Source of the DNA: Octopus sinensis
Taxonomy: Eukaryota
Assembly (NCBI RefSeq): GCF_006345805.1
Contig: NW_021829341.1
Location: 1-6,480, forward strand
DNA length: 6,480 nt
Reading direction: 5' to 3'
Under the pieces are notes generated by a model that saw only the letters and a list, made by a program, of their open reading frames with translations, did no database searches and was not told the DNA's origin. Positions 1 through 6,445 of the stretch are shown here, in pieces. Made by a program: the position numbers and the translations under genes. The stretch's first letter is position 1, and each line of letters starts with the position of its first letter.

Positions 1-213
1 TGATGATGATGAGATGATGATGATGACGATGATGATGATGACATGACGATGATGAATACGATGATGATGATGATGATGATGATGATATGATGATGATGAA
101 GATGATGATGATGCTGATGATGATGATGATGATGATGATGATGTGATGATGATATGAGTGAAAATGATGATGGCGATGATGACGGCGATGGCGATGACGA
201 CGATGACAATGAT
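1..213. repeat. (GAT)n microsatellite, increasingly degenerate (GAC/GGC variants) toward the right end
   Basis: Direct: tgatgatgat... runs from base 1 to about 213 with scattered indels. It is open at the window edge. Confidence 0.95.
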
Positions 214-311
214 GGTGGTGCCGACGGGTGCCGTTGCAGGGTCTCCCAAATACCATGCGATGGCGCTAGTTTACTGGTGACAGATGTAACGCAGCATTAC
301 TACATACGGTG

Positions 312-447
312 CACCACACCCCACACCCCCACCTCGCCACCCCACCTCCACGCCCCCACCACATTCCTCGGTCTGTCTGGGAGGGGGAGGGTGGAGGAGG
401 TGCGCCCTCTCCCTCCTGCCCTCTCTCTCTCTCTCTTTCTCTCTCTC
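312..447. repeat. Low-complexity C-rich tract, then G-rich tract, then (CT)n
   Basis: Direct: C-runs at 319-322, 326-330, 340-343 and 353-357; G-runs at 379-400; (CT)n at 421-447. Confidence 0.8.
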
Positions 448-557
448 GTTCCGTGACATTCACACTGACTTCCACCCTGTTTCCCCCCCTCCCTATTCAT
501 CCATTCACCTTACACATACACGCAAACACTTTTGTATGCATACTTATATACACGCCT

Positions 558-810
558 GAATACGTATGTATATATATATATATATATATATGTATTTATA
601 TCCCCACAAAAATAATATATACTTAAATTAGCAATATATATATATTATATATATATATATACATTATATATATATAATATATATGCATATATATATATAT
701 CTAATATACATGTATATACATATATATATAATACATATGTATATATATATGTATATATATATATACATAATATATATAATATATATATATAACATGTATA
801 TACGTATATC

Positions 811-845
<35 letters not shown>

Positions 846-896
846 ATAATATATATAACGTATATACATATATATATATTATATATAATATATTAT

Positions 897-930
<34 letters not shown>

Positions 931-1046
931 ATATACACACACGTGTATGAGTGTGTGTGTATAGAGATATCAATATATGTTTATGCACACATATACAATG
1001 TATGTGTGTGTGTGTGTGTGTCCTATACACATACACTCAAACATAC

Positions 1047-1085
<39 letters not shown>
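558..1085. repeat. Compound (TA)n microsatellite grading into (TG)n/(CA)n
   Basis: Direct: interrupted (TA)n at about 558-935, (TG)n at about 1001-1020, (CA)n at about 1051-1085. Confidence 0.95.
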
Positions 1086-1087
<2 letters not shown>

Positions 1088-1175
1088 GCTGGTTATGATT
1101 GGATTAATTTTTATTTGTTCCGCTCTTTCCTCATGACAAACCTGAGACAGACTCGGAGACACAATATGCAGCTAC

Positions 1176-1551
1176 ACACACAAACACACAAACACGTGTG
1201 TGTGTGTTTCTGTGTTTATACTGTGTCTGCAGTTATATATATATGTATGTATATGCATACACACACACACACATGCAGCTATATACTTGCAGTCACATGT
1301 GTACCTATACACATATATATACACGTATGTCTATATTTATTTAGATACAAACACACACACACACACACACATATGTATATATGTATGCGTGTGTATATCT
1401 ATATATACTCACACATACTAGTATATGCTTGTGTATTTACATACATACATGTATACATATGCATGCATAAGTGTATGTGTATATACATTTTTATATGTGT
1501 GTATATAAATATGCATATATGTCTATATATATATATTTATATATATATATA
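1176..1551. repeat. Compound (CA)n/(TA)n/(TG)n microsatellite region
   Basis: Direct: alternating purine-pyrimidine dinucleotide tracts up to the LINE junction. Confidence 0.9.
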
Positions 1552-2229
1552 TCCAACAACATCAGAGACTTGGGAGTAATTGTGGACAGCAACGTAAGCT
1601 GGGCCACTCATATAAACACCAAAGTTGACATGGCCCGCAGAATGTGTTCCTGGATTCTCAGAACTTTCCAGTCGAGAGATATCCACACCATTATCCTTCT
1701 CTTCTCCACTTTTGCCCGACCCCACCTTGAATACTGTTGTCCACTGTGGTCTCCCCACACAATACAAGGTATCATAAAAGTTGAAGCACCTCAAAGGGCA
1801 ATCACAAAAAAGATGATGGCATGACAGGCCTCGACTATTGGGGGTCGACTAGAAAAGCTAAAACTCTATTCTCTCCAACGTCGTCGTGAGCGCTACATCA
1901 TCTGCATGATGTGGAAAATATTCCATCAGCATTGCCCAAATGATGTTGGCATCACCTTTAAGGTACATCCAGGCTTGGGCCCTTGCCATCGCCCAAAACA
2001 AAAATCGCACTCTCCTCTCATAACAACAATACGGCACAATTATTTCACCTCAATTGGCCCCGCTCTCTTTAACATTACACCAAAACACATTAAAACAGAA
2101 ATGACCCTATAGGTTCAAGAAGTCTTTGGACAGATTCCTTCAAGAAATCCCGGATAACCCCCTACACCCGGATATGTCTCTGTAAACACTAACTCTCTAC
2201 TTGAGTGGGCCATAGTGCCCAAATTCTGA
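1552..2229 (+). pseudogene. Frameshifted C-terminal part (about 226 codons) of LINE ORF2 reverse transcriptase
   Basis: Track ORFs 1471..1824 and 1906..2112 are in the same frame. They join via DGMTGLDYWG (1815-1844, shifted frame) and continue after 2100 as NDPIG/FKKSLDRFLQEIPDNP/PTPGYVSVNTNSLLEWAIVPKF* using single-base shifts. Confidence 0.85.
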
Positions 2230-2316
2230 CTTGAAAGACTTCACCAGGTGGTGCTATTAAGTTAGACATGGCCTGGGCCAATAATGGCCGAAACCTATCA
2301 AAGTATCAAAGTAAAG

Positions 2317-2318
<2 letters not shown>
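1552..2318 (+). mobile_element. 5'-truncated non-LTR retrotransposon (CR1-like LINE) 3' end: ORF2 C-terminus, 3' UTR and tandem-repeat tail
   Basis: The translation shows motifs typical of the post-RT region of CR1/L2-group ORF2: RDLGVIVD, RPHLEYCCPLWSP, QR, DYWGRLEKLKLYSLQRRRER, FTSIGPALFN, FKKSLDRFL. The stop TGA is at 2227-2229. An approximately 90-nt UTR ends in (TATCAAAG)2 TAAAG. Clade assignment is from motif recall, not from a search. Confidence 0.9.
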
Positions 2319-2355
<37 letters not shown>

Positions 2356-2465
2356 ATATATATATGTATATATATATATGTATGTATATGTATATATATG
2401 TATGTATATATATATATACATATATATATACATACATATATATATATATATATATGTGTATATGT
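2317..2465. repeat. (TA)n/(TATG)n microsatellite
   Basis: Direct. Confidence 0.95.
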
Positions 2466-2469
2466 TTGC

Positions 2470-2674
2470 GTGTCTGTGTTTGACCCCCTCCCCTCATTAT
2501 CGTTTGACAACCGATGTTGGTGTATTTATGTACCTGTAACTTAGCGGTTCAGCAAAAGAGACCAATGGAGTAAGTACTATGCTTACAAAGAATAAGTCCT
2601 GGAGTTGATGTGTTCAACTAAAGGCAGTGCTCCAGCATGGCCACGGTCAAATGACTGGAACAAATAGAAGAATA
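2470..2674 (+). mobile_element. 3' half of a SINE (octopus-type family with an internal microsatellite); head absent
   Basis: Contains gacaaccgatgttggtg...gtaacttagcggttc...taagtact...aagaataagtcctggagttgat...actaaaggcagtgctccagcatggcc...aaatgactggaacaaatagaagaata. I recall this as the 3' body of an abundant cephalopod SINE. It carries a taagtact...gttgat motif similar to the one in the trimer at 3093-3696. Not database-verified. Confidence 0.65.
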
Positions 2675-2898
2675 TAGACACACACACACAGCCATCGACG
2701 CTACCACCATCACCACCATCCTGCGACTTTCCATACGACCACCACTACCACAACTAGGGCTTCTACTCACCCCCCACCACCCCCACCACACACACACACA
2801 CACCAGTCCTTTTCTTTTTCTTCTGTTTTAGGGGGTTTTAAGGTCAGGCGAAAGAGTGATATTTCCAGGGGCGTGCATAACGAGGAGGAGGTGGAGGA

Positions 2899-2932
2899 GG
2901 GGGGTGAAGGGGCCGGTGGGTGGGTGGGTGGG
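2899..2932 (+). other. Putative G-quadruplex-forming sequence
   Basis: GGGTGGGTGGGTGGG at 2918-2932 (four G3 tracts, 1-nt loops), plus G6 at 2899-2904 and G4 at 2909-2912. Confidence 0.6.
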
Positions 2933-3008
2933 AGGAGTCTGTGTTTGGTATTTCAGGGAGGAGTGACAATAACGACAACAGCAAGAAGAAGGAGGCTGGC
3001 AGAACGAG

Positions 3009-3073
3009 CAACAACAACAACAACAACAATAACAACAACAACAATAACAACAACAATAACAACAACAACAACA
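3009..3073. repeat. (AAC)n microsatellite with AAT interruptions
   Basis: Direct; a degenerate extension runs from about 2965. Confidence 0.95.
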
Positions 3074-3092
3074 AGAGCTCCACCAATGCCTG

Positions 3093-3696
3093 TTTCTTTA
3101 CTACCCACAAGGGGCTAAATACAGAGGGGACAAACAAGGACAGACAAACGGATTAAATCAATTAGATCAACCCCAGTACATAACTGGTACTTATTTAATC
3201 GACCCCGAAAGGATGAAAAGCAAAGTCGACCTCAGCGGAATTTGAACTCACAACATATTTCTTTACTACCCACAAGGGGCTAAACACAGAGGGGACAAAC
3301 AAGGACAGACAAACGGATTAAGTCAATTATATCTACCCCAGTGCGTAACCGGTACTTATTTAATCGACCCCAGTGCATAACTGGTACTTATTTAATCAAC
3401 CCCGAAAGGATGAAAAGCAAAGTCGACCTCGGCGGAATTTGAACTCACAACATAGTGATGGGTGAAATACCTATTTCTTTACTACCCACAAGGGGCTAAA
3501 CACAGAGGGGACAAACAAGGACAGACATAGGTATTAAGTCAATTAGATCGACCCAGTGCGCAACTGGTACTTAATTTATCGACCCCGAAAGGATGAAAGG
3601 CAAAGTCGACCTCAGCGGAATTTGAACTCAGAACGTAAAGACAGACGAAATATCGGTAAGCATTTCGCCCGGCGTGCTAACATCTCTGCCAGCCCC
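3093..3696 (-). mobile_element. tRNA-derived SINE as a head-to-tail trimer: one full-length unit (3474-3696) and two head-truncated units (3258-3473, 3093-3257)
   Basis: Three direct repeats begin tttctttactacccacaaggggctaaa at 3093, 3258 and 3474. The minus-strand head has an A-box-like TGGCAGAGATGTTAG (3691-3677) and a B-box-like GAGTTCAAATTCC (3629-3617). These are followed by GGTCGACTTTGCCTTTCATCCTTTCGGGGTCGAT...AAGTACCAG, which resembles the Nin/Deu-type conserved SINE core (from recall). Confidence 0.85.
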
Positions 3697-3743
3697 ACCA
3701 ATACCACCACCACCACCACCACCACCACCACCGAAACCACCAC
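3697..3743. repeat. (ACC)n microsatellite
   Basis: Direct. Confidence 0.9.
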
Positions 3744-3769
3744 TGAAAGCGTAAGAAGGGGTTTTGTTG

Positions 3770-3958
3770 GTGGCAGCCGAGAAAGCTAGAAACACCAACC
3801 AAATCTGCCTGGAATGCTTTGTGCCCTTTTGATAATGGAAGTGCGCGTTATATAATGCAGGGTTCAGGTAAAATGAGGTGATGGTCACGGCTGGAACGTC
3901 TTTGGGATGTAAGTCTGTATAATGTTGGAGCAGCAGCATCATTATCAACAACAATAAG
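3770..3958 (+). mobile_element. Possible diverged interspersed-repeat 3' fragment ending in an (AAC)-like tail
   Basis: Non-microsatellite tract containing gatggtcacggctggaa and ending atcaacaacaataa. It resembles a retroposon 3' end that I recall from cephalopod DNA. Weak support. Confidence 0.3.
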
Positions 3959-3961
3959 TGC

Positions 3962-4420
3962 GTCTGTGTGTGTTTGTATAGGCTTTGTGCGTGTGTGTGT
4001 TTGTCTACGCTCTGTGTGTGTGCGCGTGTTTGTATGCAGTTTGCGTGTGTATATGTGTTTGTATATGCTTTGTGTATGTGTGTGTGTATGTGATTGTAGA
4101 GGCTTTGTATGTGTATGTGTGTGCATTTCTTTACAGTTTGTGTGTGTGTGTGTATTTGTATATGCTTTGTATGTGTGTGTATTTCTTTGTATACACTTTG
4201 TGTGTGTGTGTTTGTATACACTTTGTGTGTGTGTGTATTTGTTTGTATACACTTTGTGTGTGTGTGTTTGTATATGCTTTGCATGTGTGTGTATGTGTTT
4301 GTATACACTTTGTGTGTGTGTGTGTATGTGTTTGTATATGCTTTATATGTGTGTGTGTGTGTCTGTATACATTTTGTGTGTGCATGTGTATTTCTTTGTA
4401 TACACTTTGTGTGTGTGTGT
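3962..4420. repeat. Minisatellite: 15 units of a 14-nt core (TTTGTATACACTTT / TTTGTATATGCTTT) separated by variable (GT)n
   Basis: Cores at 3973, 4000, 4029, 4058, 4093, 4126, 4155, 4186, 4211, 4242, 4267, 4298, 4331, 4362 and 4395; period 25-35 nt. Confidence 0.9.
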
Positions 4421-4421
4421 A

Positions 4422-4458
4422 TCTGTTTAGTGAAGGCCAAACGCCTTCACCAAACAGA
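4422..4458. repeat. Inverted repeat: 16-bp arms, 5-nt loop
   Basis: TCTGTTTAGTGAAGGC-CAAAC-GCCTTCACCAAACAGA. One mismatch (4429/4451), which is a G-U pair on the minus strand. Confidence 0.85.
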
Positions 4459-4760
4459 CAGACACACACATGCAGTTGTAATGTATATACACACACACAC
4501 ATATATACACTCTGATGGCAAAATACAGAAAATGGGGAAGAACCAAATACATTGAGATTAACCTCAAAGATGTTTGTTCAATCAATATCGTTTTGTGATA
4601 AACATCTACAGATCAGTTCGCAGATCAATACAGGCAAATCAAATATTTTGAAGAAAGAGCAAAAGAAATGGATGCAGGGTCTCCAAATCCAACAATCAAT
4701 AAGTGGCACAGTGAGGATCTGTAAGACATTGTAAAGATTATCCATGTGAGATTCTACCCG

Positions 4761-4824
4761 GCCAGCTCCTGTCAACCATCCTACCCATGCATGCATGGAA
4801 GATGGACATTAAACGATGATGATG
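4761..4824 (+). mobile_element. Diverged SINE/retroposon 3' terminus with a (GAT)n tail
   Basis: gccagctcctgtcaaccatcctacccatgc...atggaagatggacattaaac followed by gatgatgatg. It resembles a recalled cephalopod SINE 3' end. Not database-verified. Confidence 0.5.
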
Positions 4825-4825
4825 G

Positions 4826-4955
4826 TATGTGTACGTATATATATATACACACACATATATATCCATATATATATACACATATATCCATATATATATACAC
4901 ATATATCCATATATATATATATATATACATATATATACACACATATATATATACA

Positions 4956-4995
<40 letters not shown>

Positions 4996-5097
4996 CATAC
5001 ATACATATATATATACACACATATATATATACATACATACATATATATATATACATACATAACATACATACATACATACATATATACATACACATAC

Positions 5098-5146
<49 letters not shown>
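4826..5146. repeat. Compound (TA)n/(TACA)n microsatellite with a local ~22-nt higher-order unit (atatatccatatatatatacac-like, about 3 copies at 4857-4915)
   Basis: Direct. Confidence 0.95.
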
Positions 5147-5147
<1 letters not shown>

Positions 5148-5387
5148 CGATTTAGAGTGACCCCACCAGGTCACTCGTCCACCAGAAAGAGCAGCCATAA
5201 CTCACACACCGCCAAGTATTAGTAATTCAGAAATTAGGTGAAAATTTAAAAACATTTACCCTAATTTACCCTAAATGTTTTTAAATTTTCACCTAATTTC
5301 TGAATTACTAATACTTGGCGGTGTGAGTTATGGCTGCTCTTTCTGGTGGACGAGTGACCTGTTGGGGTCACTCCTAAATCGTTATAT
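5142..5387. repeat. Long near-perfect inverted repeat (117/116-bp arms, 13-nt spacer); candidate MITE or fold-back element
   Basis: Left arm 5142-5258 equals the reverse complement of right arm 5272-5387, apart from one 1-nt indel, one substitution and one 2-nt (AC) indel. The spacer is CCCTAATTTACCC (5259-5271). The inverted repeat is certain; the MITE identity is inference. Confidence 0.95.
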
Positions 5388-5519
5388 TTATATATTTAGT
5401 CGATGACTATTTTCTCTTTTTCACCAGGCCGCTGGTTGCGATAAATTTCTATTGAATTTTTTGCTACCCTAAATTGACTAATTGATAATTTTCTATATAT
5501 ATATATGTATCTATGTATT

Positions 5520-5685
5520 TATACAACGGGCTTCTTTCAGTTTCTGTCTATCAAATCCACTCACAAGGCTTTGGTTGGCCCAAAGCTATTGCAGAAGACA
5601 TTTGCCCAAGGTGCCATGCAGTGGGACTGAACCCGGAACCCCTGATTGTCAAGCAAGCTTCTTACCACCCAACTCTGCCTGTGCC
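5520..5685 (-). mobile_element. 5' half of a tRNA-derived SINE (head and core), running into a (TA)-type tract at 5494-5523
   Basis: The minus strand reads ggcacaggcagagttgggtggtaagaagcttgctt...GGTTCAGTCCC (B-box-like, 5633-5623) actgcatggcaccttgggcaaatgtcttc...gccttgtgagtggatttg...aactgaaagaagcccgttgtata. The A-box is degenerate (about 5675-5665). Confidence 0.8.
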
Positions 5686-5745
5686 TATATATATATATAT
5701 ATATATTATGTTTGGTGTATATTTGTATGTATGTATGTTACGAAT
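5686..5745. repeat. (TA)n and (TGTA)n microsatellite
   Basis: Direct. Confidence 0.85.
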
Positions 5746-5880
5746 GTGTTTAAATGTATCCTTTTTTGCTTGTTGTATTCCTATCGAAAATTTTGAAAGT
5801 TTTGCCTTAATGTTACGTCCCTTTCTCCACTCTCTTGTGAAAATGAGTATCTTATAAATAAATGTATATAAATATATATA

Positions 5881-6087
5881 TCTCGTGTGTACCGTTGGCG
5901 ATTTTTTTCCCTCTGTCTTCCCTTCTCTGGATCTTTCCTTCTCCTATGTTTCTGACAAAGAGCTCCACTCGAAACGTTAAACCCTCCTTCTTTCCTTCTT
6001 TCCTGAGCGTCCAATAATACTATATTTGTTACACGTCCTCGCGTTGTTGTGTTTTTTTGTACTTTCTTGTTTGGATTAACTTTATAT
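5881..6087 (+). mobile_element. Probable Penelope-like element terminal-repeat fragment or related non-autonomous repeat; boundaries approximate
   Basis: Pyrimidine-rich tract with a central CTGACAAAGAG...CTCGAAACGTT hammerhead-like motif. This is the configuration known for Penelope-like pLTRs. No PLE ORF is present in the window. Confidence 0.55.
5948..5982 (+). ncRNA. Degenerate minimal type I hammerhead ribozyme motif (probably inactive)
   Basis: Stem I GTTT(5948-51)/AAAC(5979-82). Core CTGACaA (5952-58, conserved G8 replaced by A) plus an extra A. Stem II GAG(5960-62)/CTC(5968-70). GAAA at 5971-74. Palindromic loop-less stem III ACGT (5974-77). Predicted site GUU, after 5978. Confidence 0.6.
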
Positions 6088-6107
6088 ACACACACACACA
6101 CACAACA
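6088..6107. repeat. (CA)n microsatellite
   Basis: Direct. Confidence 0.9.
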
Positions 6108-6361
6108 CTAGCATTGATCATTGATATTTGTCATCAAAAGATGTCAGTTTTTCCATAAAGATTTATTTTTCCCAAAATTCGTGATACCAGATTAACGGCT
6201 GAAAGAAAAATCCCAAAACTCGGGAACCCCACGGAATAAAGCATTGGGGATTCAGAGAAAACCGATGTTGAAAGATGTTGAAAGACTGAAAGTTGTAAAA
6301 GAGTGATAGTAAAATAGGAGTGTTAGTGGGAGACGCAGAAACGCTGTTAGCTTATGACTCT

Positions 6362-6445
6362 GATCTCTGTCTTTCTTTCTCTTTTCTAACATCTTCCCTA
6401 TCTCTAGCTCCTCCTCTCCTCATCTCTCTCTCTCCTCATCTTGTT
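6362..6445. repeat. Degenerate (CT)n/pyrimidine-rich tract
   Basis: Direct. Confidence 0.75.

Noticed and set aside
154-456. Acidic poly-Asp ORF (MSENDDGDDD...)
   Set aside because: It begins inside a (GAT)n microsatellite with frame-breaking indels upstream and ends in (CT)n. No convincing splice sites or homology.
1166-1293. Recurrent TGCAGY motif (about 1168, 1228, 1275, 1288) among microsatellites
   Set aside because: Too short and irregularly spaced to support a repeat unit or binding-site cluster.
3600-3696. Genuine tRNA gene at the SINE heads (also 5620-5685)
   Set aside because: A/B-box-like motifs are present, but I could not build a cloverleaf, and both run directly into SINE core sequence.
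3080-3705. Candidate 11-bp TSD around the SINE trimer: CCACCAATGCC (3080-3090) and CCACCAATACC (3695-3705)
   Set aside because: Ambiguous. AATGCCTGTTTC matches the SINE's own junction sequence (AATACCTATTTC at 3466-3477), and the right copy overlaps the SINE head and an (ACC)n tract. It needs the empty site to resolve.
3093-4420. CRISPR-like appearance of the SINE trimer and of the core-plus-spacer minisatellite
   Set aside because: The trimer units are contiguous 165-220-nt SINE bodies. The minisatellite spacers are only (GT)n, not unique sequence. No cas genes, and the context is eukaryotic.
664-5198. Numerous long ORFs rich in YI/HT/CV/N/T repeats, including the 270-aa ORF 3628..4440 and the 200-aa ORF 977..1579
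   Set aside because: They are translations of (TA)n, (CA)n, (GT)n, (AAC)n and (ACC)n tracts, which lack stops in some frames. No domain signal.
5259-5275. Telomere-like CCCTAA motifs at the palindrome apex
   Set aside because: Only two non-contiguous copies, produced by the 10-bp duplication. Not a telomeric array.
5142-5387. Palindrome as a simple read fold-back chimera
   Set aside because: The symmetry stops at 5387: the right flank is complex sequence, not the mirror of the 320-nt left microsatellite. An artefact is therefore less likely, though it is not excluded without reads.
6264-6283. GATGTTGAAA x2 tandem duplication
   Set aside because: An ordinary short slippage duplication with no associated structure.
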